Assembly: GCA_034519605.1 (NCBI GenBank)
Contig: JAXHOG010000070.1
Span: forward strand, 72,948 to 96,947
Direction of reading: 5' to 3'
Source: Marinagarivorans sp.
Lineage (GTDB): Bacteria; Pseudomonadota; Gammaproteobacteria; Pseudomonadales; Cellvibrionaceae
Length of the DNA: 24,000 nucleotides
In this document: positions 1-6,693 of the stretch, piece after piece
How the letters are laid out: every line of letters starts with the position of its first letter
How positions within the stretch are numbered: the stretch's first letter is position 1
Program-made: the position numbers and the translations under genes
Notes under the pieces: generated by a model
What the model was told of the DNA's origin: nothing
Seen by the model: only the letters and a program-made list of their open reading frames with translations
The model's database searches: none

Positions 1-396
1 ACTCAATGAATTTAAAGCGTGGCTCGATAAAACCGTCACGCATGTCGTGCCCAATTCAGCTATTGGTAAAGCCGTAAGCTACACATTGAATCAGTGGTCT
101 AAATTAATCGCATACACACAAGATGGACAGCTATCAATCGATAATAATCGCGCCGAGCGCGCTATTAAGCCGTTTGTGATTGGCCGTAAAAACTGGCTAT
201 TTAGCGCCACCACCAGCGGTGCTAATGCGAGCGCTAATTTATATTCGATTATTGAAAGCGCAAAAGTGAATGGCCTAGAGCCGCGCCACTATATTGAGTA
301 TTTGTTAACGGAGTTGCCAAAGCGAAAAGTGGGCGATGATGTGAAGGATTTATTGCCTTGGATGGTTAAGCTAGGTGTGGTTAGTTAGACGGTTAC
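1..396 (+). mobile_element. Right-hand (3') end of an IS66-family insertion sequence; the rest lies left of the window
   Basis: The transposase frame is open to the window edge (see CDS 2..388). IS66-family termini classically begin GTAAGCG, so a right end reads ..CGCTTAC. CGGTTAC at 390-396 (6/7 match) follows the stop codon almost immediately. The exact boundary is an inference; another TTAC occurs at 407-410. Confidence 0.7.
2..388 (+). CDS. IS66 family transposase, C-terminal fragment (5' end outside the window)
   Basis: The frame translates from base 2 as LNEFKAWLDKTVTHVVPNSAIGKAVSYTLNQW..QLSIDNNRAERAIKPFVIGRKNWLFS..GANASANLYSIIESAKVNGLEP, the conserved C-terminal core of IS66 TnpC-type transposases. 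The M at 47 in the ORF track is a GTG inside a frame that stays open upstream. Confidence 0.88.
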   Translation, partial: LNEFKAWLDKTVTHVVPNSAIGKAVSYTLNQWSKLIAYTQDGQLSIDNNRAERAIKPFVIGRKNWLFSATTSGANASANLYSIIESAKVNGLEPRHYIEYLLTELPKRKVGDDVKDLLPWMVKLGVVS

Positions 397-466
397 AAAA
401 AATCAGTTACTCGCCAAGCATCTCCCTCGCGTACAATTCGCGGCATTATTTTGGGGAGTGATTTTA

Positions 467-1432
467 ATGCTTATTAATTGCGTGGTTTATCAAGAAGGCA
501 AAAAACTTAGCGATATTCCGGTTGCGGATATTAGCGAATACGTTATGACTACCGATTGTTTTGTGTGGGTTGCGCTTAGGGATGCCGAGCCTGCCGAGTT
601 GACACAAATGCAAGAAGAGTTTGGTTTGCATGAGCTTGCTGTAGACGATGCACGGTCTGGCAATCAGCGCCCGAAAATTGAAGAATATGGCGATTCATTA
701 TTTGCGGTTATGCATACACTGGCGTTAAAAGATGGCGAGCTGCAGGTGGGCGAGGTGGATGTGTTTGTGTCGCCCAATTATGTGCTGTCGGTGCGCAACC
801 GATGTGAACAAAATTTTTTGGGCGTGCGTGCACGCTGCGAGCGTGAGCCGGAACATCTTAAACAAGGCTCGGCGTTTGTTTTGTATGCATTGATGGATGC
901 CGTTGTTGATCTCTACTTCCCAATATTGGATGCGCTTGAATCGGAATTGGAATCCATTGAAGAGCAAATTTTTACCAAGGGTTCGCAGCGCGATAATATT
1001 CAAAAACTTTATCAACTTAAACGCAAAGTGATAGTGCTAAAACATGCCGTAACACCGCTACTCGAAGCGGTAGGTAAATTAGATGGCGGGCGCGTGCATG
1101 CGATTGTTGCCAATACCAAAGATTATTTTCGCGATGTTCACGACCATCTCTACCGCATTAATGCCTCCATCGATTCTATTCGCGATACGATTGGCACGGC
1201 GATACAGGTGAATTTATCGTTGGTCGCTATTGATGACGGCGAAGTGAATAAAAAGCTTGCCGCTTGGGCGGCCATTTTTGGTGTTGCTACGGCATTTGTG
1301 GGCGTGTGGGGCATGAACTTTGAATTTATGCCCGAGCTAAAATTTAAATACGGTTACCCGGTAGCCTTAGTGATTGTTACCAGCGTGTGTACCTATTTGC
1401 ATTATCGCTTCAAAAAATCTGGGTGGCTTTAA
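467..1432 (+). CDS. corA: CorA-family magnesium/cobalt transporter
   Basis: About 320 aa with a soluble N-terminal domain and two C-terminal TM helices. It carries the diagnostic GMN motif (VWGMNFEFMPE). ATG 467 is preferred over GTG 458 because GGGGAG (453-458) sits 8 nt upstream of it. Confidence 0.92.
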   Translation: MLINCVVYQEGKKLSDIPVADISEYVMTTDCFVWVALRDAEPAELTQMQEEFGLHELAVDDARSGNQRPKIEEYGDSLFAVMHTLALKDGELQVGEVDVFVSPNYVLSVRNRCEQNFLGVRARCEREPEHLKQGSAFVLYALMDAVVDLYFPILDALESELESIEEQIFTKGSQRDNIQKLYQLKRKVIVLKHAVTPLLEAVGKLDGGRVHAIVANTKDYFRDVHDHLYRINASIDSIRDTIGTAIQVNLSLVAIDDGEVNKKLAAWAAIFGVATAFVGVWGMNFEFMPELKFKYGYPVALVIVTSVCTYLHYRFKKSGWL

Positions 1433-1434
1433 AG

Positions 1435-1785
1435 ATGAATCCTATCCTAATCTCCATTTCCCTTTTGCTGTGCAGCAATATTTTTATGACGTTTGCGTGG
1501 TATGCGCATTTAAAAGAATTAAATAATAAGCCTTGGATTATTGCGGCGTTGGTGAGTTGGGGCATTGCGTTGTTGGAATATTTATTCCAAGTGCCCGCTA
1601 ACCGTATTGGTTATACCGTGCTAACGGTGGGCCAGCTTAAAATTATTCAGGAGGTAATTACCCTGAGTGTTTTTGTGCCCTTCTCGGTGATGTATTTAAA
1701 AGAGCCTTTAAAACTCGATTATTTATGGGCGGGTTTGTGTTTGCTGGGCGCTGTGTATTTTATGTTTAGAAGTAAAATGGGCTAG
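1435..1785 (+). CDS. DMT-superfamily small membrane protein (DUF486-like)
   Basis: About 116 aa with four predicted TM helices (MNPILISISLLLCSNIFMTFAWYAHLK..VPANRIGY..QLKIIQEVITL..), matching my recollection of DUF486/DMT family proteins. ATG 1435 lies 2 nt after the corA stop, so the upstream extension in the ORF track would overlap corA and is unlikely. Confidence 0.75.
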   Translation: MNPILISISLLLCSNIFMTFAWYAHLKELNNKPWIIAALVSWGIALLEYLFQVPANRIGYTVLTVGQLKIIQEVITLSVFVPFSVMYLKEPLKLDYLWAGLCLLGAVYFMFRSKMG

Positions 1786-1976
1786 GTAGTTTGGCGCAGT
1801 GTGAAGTGTCAAAGCTTCGCGCTCGCCAGTCGTGCGGTTATGTTTTTTCGCTAGCTTTTTAACGCGCAATAAAAATGAATAGTTACGAATTTTTTAAATG
1901 GCGCGATTGGTTTTGTAGTAATGGCCACTCTCACTGTGTGAATGCTCCGCTATTGAGTGAGTGATGTTGATAGCTG

Positions 1977-2002
1977 TGTGCTCAAACCTTGTGCTCAAAA
2001 AG
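1977..2002. repeat. 13-bp tandem duplication (TGTGCTCAAACCT / TGTGCTCAAAAAG) just upstream of the ECF sigma start
   Basis: Read directly. The 10-bp core TGTGCTCAAA occurs at 1977-1986 and 1990-1999, ending 16 nt before ATG 2018. Confidence 0.8.
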
Positions 2003-2017
2003 AAACGAGAAGACCCT

Positions 2018-2602
2018 ATGCATCAAGCGGATGTAAAGCTGGTTCAAGAATTATTAGGCGGTGACGAGGCGGCATTTAGGGTGTTTTACAACACCTATTT
2101 TGCGCGCATGTACCGTTTTTGCCGCAGCCGTGTGAGCAGCGATGATTACTGTAGCGATATTGTGCAGCAGAGTATGACCAACGCCATGCGCTATTTACAC
2201 ACTTACCGTGGCGAGGCCTCGCTGTTGACGTGGTTATTTCAAATTGTTCGCAACGAGATCGCTACTTGGTTTAAGCAATATGGCAAAAATGATCAACACA
2301 CCCAAGCGCTTGATGCCAACGCCGAGTTATTAGCCGCGCTAGAAAGTTTACCGGTTGGCCTAGAGGGTAATGCAGAAGATGGCGACGATGAGGTGAAGCT
2401 TTGGGTGCAAACCGCGTTGGACGCGCTGCCAAGTTCTTACGGTTTGGTATTGGAATTAAAATATATCGAAGGTTTGAGTGTGCAAGATATTGCGCTGCAA
2501 ATGGGTGCGGGCGAAACCGCCGTGCAATCTTTATTGGCGCGTGCACGTAAAGCCTTTAAAGAATCCTTTGTTGATGTGCAGCGAGGTTGGGCGCATGGAT
2601 AA
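2018..2602 (+). CDS. ECF-type RNA polymerase sigma-70 family factor
   Basis: Region 2-like (AAFRVFYNTYFARMYRFC.. LLTWLFQIVRNEIATWFK) and region 4 HTH (LPSSYGLVLELKYIEGLSVQDIALQMGAGETAVQSLLARARKAF). ATG 2018 is preceded by GAGAAG. A FecR-type anti-sigma gene follows. Confidence 0.9.
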   Translation: MHQADVKLVQELLGGDEAAFRVFYNTYFARMYRFCRSRVSSDDYCSDIVQQSMTNAMRYLHTYRGEASLLTWLFQIVRNEIATWFKQYGKNDQHTQALDANAELLAALESLPVGLEGNAEDGDDEVKLWVQTALDALPSSYGLVLELKYIEGLSVQDIALQMGAGETAVQSLLARARKAFKESFVDVQRGWAHG

Positions 2603-2676
2603 TTTAAAATATTATTTATTGTTGATGCAAACAATCAAACAAAAATCAGGCTTAAAAATACCGGGGCGACGTAAAA

Positions 2677-3729
2677 ATGTTTAAAGATGATGACGACGTT
2701 GCACACTTATTAAAAGCAGCGGGTAAACGCAGCGAACCCGCACCCGAGGTCAGCGATAAAATTTGGCAGTCTACTCACGCGGCATGGTTGCAGGCTGTGC
2801 AAGCGGCCAAGTTTAAAAACGAAAATAATGCCGACAATAGCGCGGCCAATAAAAGTAATAATCTTTCCCAACTAGGATCAACCTCAATAACATCAACCAC
2901 CAAGCCTTGGGGGCAAGTTTGGTTTGCAGTTGCGGCTGCCGTTTTAGTCGGTTTTATGGCCTTTATTATGGTGCCTAAATTAAATCTTTTAGGTGATAAC
3001 ACCACCGTGGTCGCGCAATTAATTATGACTAATGGCGCGGTGAATATTAAGCCTTCGCTACACGAGCAAGTGATTAATGCCGGTGCCCATTTAACTACCC
3101 AAAACGATGGTTTAGTGGCGATTCAATTAACCGACAATACCAAAATTACCTTAGCCAAAAATACCGAAATTATTGTGGCCAATGCCGGTTTAATTAGGTT
3201 AGTGCAAGGGCGTATTTATGTGGATTCGCCCGATGCGAATACCTCGATTATTGTGGCGACGCCCTTGGGTGAAATTGTGGATATTGGCACCCAGTACGAG
3301 GTGAATGTGACACCCACAAGCTTAGGTGTAGCGATGCGCGAAGGTGTGACCAAAATTACGCTGGCAGGCAAAACACTTTATGGTAGAGTCGCCGACGGTT
3401 TGGGTGATGCAATTACGGTAGATACCCACTTAAATGTGACTAAAGATAAAATCGCGACCGCCGACGATTATTGGCTGTGGACGCAGCCTGCGGTGGCCGA
3501 TTTTAATTTACACAATGCAACCGCTCACGATTTATTACATTGGGCGAGCCGCGTGACCGGTAAAAAAATTATTTACGCCAGCCCACAAGTACAGCGCACC
3601 GCCGAGCAAACGCATTTATCCGGTGGTTATTTAGCGGCGCAGTCGATTAGCCAGGTGTTACCGGTTTTATTTAAAACCACGAGCTTGCAAGTGGTCGAGC
3701 AGCGCGAGGCGCTGGTTGTTAGCGAATAA
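2677..3729 (+). CDS. FecR-family anti-sigma factor / transmembrane sensor
   Basis: Short cytoplasmic N-terminus and a single TM (VWFAVAAAVLVGFMAFIMV). The periplasmic FecR-like beta domain reads LVAIQLTDNTKITLAKNTEIIV..LVQGRIYVDS..IIVATPLGEIVDIGTQYEV. A C-terminal STN-like module reads ATAHDLLHWASRVTGKKIIY. Its position between the ECF sigma and an STN-containing TBDR fits this call. Confidence 0.88.
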   Translation: MFKDDDDVAHLLKAAGKRSEPAPEVSDKIWQSTHAAWLQAVQAAKFKNENNADNSAANKSNNLSQLGSTSITSTTKPWGQVWFAVAAAVLVGFMAFIMVPKLNLLGDNTTVVAQLIMTNGAVNIKPSLHEQVINAGAHLTTQNDGLVAIQLTDNTKITLAKNTEIIVANAGLIRLVQGRIYVDSPDANTSIIVATPLGEIVDIGTQYEVNVTPTSLGVAMREGVTKITLAGKTLYGRVADGLGDAITVDTHLNVTKDKIATADDYWLWTQPAVADFNLHNATAHDLLHWASRVTGKKIIYASPQVQRTAEQTHLSGGYLAAQSISQVLPVLFKTTSLQVVEQREALVVSE

Positions 3730-3786
3730 AAAACACCAAAAAATGGATGAAGAATTGAGTTTGTTAATAATATGGCTAAGCCATAA

Positions 3787-6489
3787 ATGACGCTGTTGGC
3801 AAATAGCTTAGGCGTTTACAAAAAGATAAAAAAACAATGCCGCCACGCCCTTAAGGTGTGTGCGGCATTTGTTTTTTTTGTGTTTTTTGCGTGCGTCACC
3901 GCTGCGCAAACTTTAGAGGATTTAACCCAGCAAAATTTTGCGCAGCGCAGTTTGGCTAATGTGTTATCGCTTTATCAGCGTGCGGGTTTGCCCATAATTT
4001 ATAGTAATGCTTTGGTGGCGAGCGACGATATTGTTTATTACTCGCCGCCTGCAGGTGAGCCTTTGGTGCGTTTGCGAGCAGTGCTTGAGCTTTTTAACCT
4101 CGGTTTAGAGTCAGAAAATATCGCACAAACCTGGTTGGTGGTAAAAAAACCGGCCGATTTTACAGCGCAGATTAAAATTACCGATGCCAATACAGGCTTG
4201 CCGCTAATGAATGCCACGCTTGCCGAGCAAGGTCGCGCGAGTGTTGTGTTAGATAATGCATCTAATATTGAGCTGAATATTTTTGCCGATTCTGTTCGCC
4301 AATTAAGGGTAAGCCATGCGGGTTGCCAAACGCAGGTATTTGCATTAGCGCAATTAAAACCCGAAAACACCTTTAAATTGGTGTGCGAGCTAAAACCTTC
4401 CATCGAAGAAACTTTAGTTGTGGCGAGTTTTTACCGCTGGCAAAAAGCAAGCTCGGCCTCACACAACAACATCACACAGGATGATCTCGCACAATTACCC
4501 AGCCGTGGCAATGACCCCATGCAAATGGTGGCCGCATTACCCGGTATGGCCAATTCGGGCGCGTCGGCAAAATTAAATGTGCGTGGCGGCGCGAGCGATG
4601 AACTGTTGATGTTGTTTAATGGTGTCGAATTAATTGAGCCATTTCATTTAAAAGATTTTCAGGGTTTATTGTCGGGCATTAATAGCCATAATCTTGAGCG
4701 CTTAGATATTTACAGTGGCGGTTACCCCGCGCAATACGGCAGTAAAATGAGCGGCGTTATTGATATTACGCCCATCAAACCCAGCGGCGAAAACGATAAT
4801 CTTATCGAGCTAAATCCGATTTTTAGCGCATTTATGCTGGCAGGATTTACCGATGCTAAAAAACCCGAAAATTATTACATTGCCTCGGTGCAGCGTGGGA
4901 ATTTAGAAACAACGCTGCGCACCTTTGAAAAATCTTTTGGCACACCGCGCTTTAACGATACGTTTTTGCAATATTACGCAAAGCTTAACAATACCCAAAC
5001 TTACGATATGGGCTTTTTGTCGATTCGCGATGATGTGGCATTACAGCTCAGTGATGACCGTGGTGGCGAGCAAGCCCAGTCGGTTTATAACAGCCAATAT
5101 GGCTGGCTAAAAACAACCATTAACCATTCAAAAAAATTCACCAGCCAAATTCAATTGAGTTCGACCTATAGCAAAACTCGGCGCCAAGGTGAGTTAGTGC
5201 GCGTGCCAAATGATGCTGATGCTAGTGATTTAAAGGTTAATGATTTAAAGGCTAGCGAGGCCAATCGTTTAAAGGTTGTCGAGGGGAATAGTTTAAAGGT
5301 TATCGAAACAAACAGTTTTCGCGCCAGTGGCGAGGGCCATTTAAATGATGACCGTTTATTTAGCCTGCAAAATTTAAGTTATTTTGGCCTGTGGCAATTT
5401 GAAAAAAAACAGCGTTTACATTTTGGCGGCCAAGCACAATATGCCAAGGCAAGGTACGATTATTCGGCCGAGGTTGAACGTGGTGATTTGGCAATTTTAT
5501 TGGGCGTTCCCGCACAGCAAACCTGGGCTGTTGTGCAAAACCCGAGCGGCGTTAATGCGAGTAGTTTTTTATCGTGGTATAGCTTGCCGACCGAGCATGT
5601 AATGACCGAGCTGGGTGTGCGCGCCGATATGCAAACTTATGCCACGCATACTCAGTATCAATTAAGCCCGCGCATGGCATTAAATTATCAATTTGATAAC
5701 GATGTTACTTTTAAGGCCAGTGCTGGGCGTTTTTATCAGGCACCAAGTATTGTGGATTTGGATGTAACGGCGGGGCAAGACAATTTTTATGCGCCACAAA
5801 AAGCCGATCATTATATTGTGGGTGTCGATTATCCTGTTACCGAGGCATTAAGGATTGGCGTTGAAGGTTATTTAAAAAAATTATTTTCGCCGCGCCCGCG
5901 CGCCGAAAATTTATTTAATCCTTATGTGTTATTACCCGAGCTGGCTGATGATCGCGTGTATTTAAAACCTTCCAGAGGCACGGCAGAAGGTATTGAATTA
6001 AGTGTTAATTATGTTGCTAGCGAAAATTTACGCAGCTGGTTTAGTTTTTCGACCAGCGAGGTAGAAGATAAAATTGTTGGCCGCGCGCAGCGCCGAGGTT
6101 GGAATCAGGTGATGGCGGCAAGTTTAAGTGCGTTGTATCAGGCGCCTTCTTGGTCGGTGAGTGCGCGCTGGCATTGGCATTCGGGTTGGCCAACCACAAC
6201 CTTACCCGTGCAGGTTAATTCTGTACGCGAGCCACTTAATTACACTCGTAACGATACGCGCTTGTCGGAATTTTTATCGCTGGATGTGCGAGTGAATAAA
6301 GATTGGACGTGGGCGGGGCATCGTTTGGAAGGGTATGTTGATATTACCAACCTGACCAACCGAAATAATATCGGTTATCGCCAATTAATTCTTTCCCCGC
6401 TTGCAGAAGACGATAGTTACGCGCTTACCAGCGAGCGAAAAAATCTTTTTTCTATTTTTCCCGTTGTTGGGTTGGTGCTGCACTTTTAA
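3787..6489 (+). CDS. TonB-dependent transducer (outer-membrane receptor with N-terminal STN signalling domain and a CarboxypepD_reg-like domain)
   Basis: Signal peptide (..FFACVTAAQT) and STN-like segment (SLANVLSLYQRAGLPIIYSNALV). A CarboxypepD_reg-like segment reads IKITDANTGLPLMNATL..LRVSHAGCQTQVF. A TonB-box-like EETLVVAS is present. The plug reads DPMQMVAALPGMANSG..LNVRGG..LMLFNGVELIEPFH..LERLDIYSGGYPAQYGSKMSGVIDI. A long barrel ends in an aromatic residue (..VVGLVLHF). There is no clear SD before ATG 3787. Confidence 0.9.
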   Translation: MTLLANSLGVYKKIKKQCRHALKVCAAFVFFVFFACVTAAQTLEDLTQQNFAQRSLANVLSLYQRAGLPIIYSNALVASDDIVYYSPPAGEPLVRLRAVLELFNLGLESENIAQTWLVVKKPADFTAQIKITDANTGLPLMNATLAEQGRASVVLDNASNIELNIFADSVRQLRVSHAGCQTQVFALAQLKPENTFKLVCELKPSIEETLVVASFYRWQKASSASHNNITQDDLAQLPSRGNDPMQMVAALPGMANSGASAKLNVRGGASDELLMLFNGVELIEPFHLKDFQGLLSGINSHNLERLDIYSGGYPAQYGSKMSGVIDITPIKPSGENDNLIELNPIFSAFMLAGFTDAKKPENYYIASVQRGNLETTLRTFEKSFGTPRFNDTFLQYYAKLNNTQTYDMGFLSIRDDVALQLSDDRGGEQAQSVYNSQYGWLKTTINHSKKFTSQIQLSSTYSKTRRQGELVRVPNDADASDLKVNDLKASEANRLKVVEGNSLKVIETNSFRASGEGHLNDDRLFSLQNLSYFGLWQFEKKQRLHFGGQAQYAKARYDYSAEVERGDLAILLGVPAQQTWAVVQNPSGVNASSFLSWYSLPTEHVMTELGVRADMQTYATHTQYQLSPRMALNYQFDNDVTFKASAGRFYQAPSIVDLDVTAGQDNFYAPQKADHYIVGVDYPVTEALRIGVEGYLKKLFSPRPRAENLFNPYVLLPELADDRVYLKPSRGTAEGIELSVNYVASENLRSWFSFSTSEVEDKIVGRAQRRGWNQVMAASLSALYQAPSWSVSARWHWHSGWPTTTLPVQVNSVREPLNYTRNDTRLSEFLSLDVRVNKDWTWAGHRLEGYVDITNLTNRNNIGYRQLILSPLAEDDSYALTSERKNLFSIFPVVGLVLHF
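5239..5334 (+). repeat. In-frame 24-bp (8-aa) tandem repeat x4 inside the TBDR gene
   Basis: NDLKASEA / NRLKVVEG / NSLKVIET / NSFRASGE, preceded by a partial unit DASDLKV (5218-5238). The DNA motif (N)TTTAAAGGTT recurs at 5227, 5242, 5266 and 5290. Confidence 0.85.
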
Positions 6490-6531
6490 TTACCCTAGAA
6501 ACCTCAGTTTTAATTATCCTAGAAACCTCAG
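6484..6531. repeat. 24-bp tandem duplication overlapping the TBDR stop codon
   Basis: TTTTAATTACCCTAGAAACCTCAG (6484-6507) and TTTTAATTATCCTAGAAACCTCAG (6508-6531) differ at one position. The first copy contains the TAA stop at 6487-6489. Confidence 0.9.
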
Positions 6532-6553
6532 TTGAGCGCCAACAATCGTGCAT

Positions 6554-6608
6554 GGACAGGCGCTGCAGAGCCTGACTTTTGATTAGGACTTTTGATTAGC
6601 GCCTGTCC
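6554..6608. repeat. 10-bp GC-rich inverted repeat (GGACAGGCGC / GCGCCTGTCC) enclosing a 13-bp tandem duplication (GACTTTTGATTAG x2, 6574-6599)
   Basis: Read directly. Arms are at 6554-6563 and 6599-6608, with a 35-nt loop. A T-rich stretch follows. Confidence 0.8.
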
Positions 6609-6610
6609 TG

Positions 6611-6626
6611 CTGTTTCTCTGTTTCT
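6611..6626. repeat. 8-bp tandem duplication CTGTTTCT x2
   Basis: Read directly at 6611-6618 and 6619-6626. Confidence 0.8.
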
Positions 6627-6640
6627 GACGAATAAAAAAA

Positions 6641-6675
6641 AGCCCCTTCTCAGATAATCTGTAAGGGGCTTTTTA
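6641..6675. terminator. Bidirectional Rho-independent terminator between convergent genes
   Basis: A run (6633-6640), stem AGCCCCTT (6641-6648) / AAGGGGCT (6663-6670), 14-nt loop, then TTTTT. The A-tract on one side and T-tract on the other let it serve both the TBDR (+) and the lipoprotein gene (-). Confidence 0.85.
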
Positions 6676-6693
6676 TGCTCTGGTTAAAATGCG

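Noticed and set aside
47-388. The ORF track starts the IS66 ORF at position 47 with M.
   Set aside because: Codon 47-49 is GTG inside a frame that stays open to base 2, and the upstream residues (LNEFKAWLDKTVTHV) still look like IS66 transposase. This is a truncated gene, not a 113-aa protein.
397-466. A possible Mg-sensing leader or riboswitch upstream of corA.
   Set aside because: Only about 70 nt are available between the IS end and the start codon, which is too short for an M-box-type element. I saw no conserved structure.
2478-2684. A 68-aa ORF bridging the ECF sigma gene and the FecR gene.
   Set aside because: It mostly overlaps the sigma-factor 3' end out of frame. It has no motif or RBS, and the 74-nt sigma-FecR spacer needs no extra gene.
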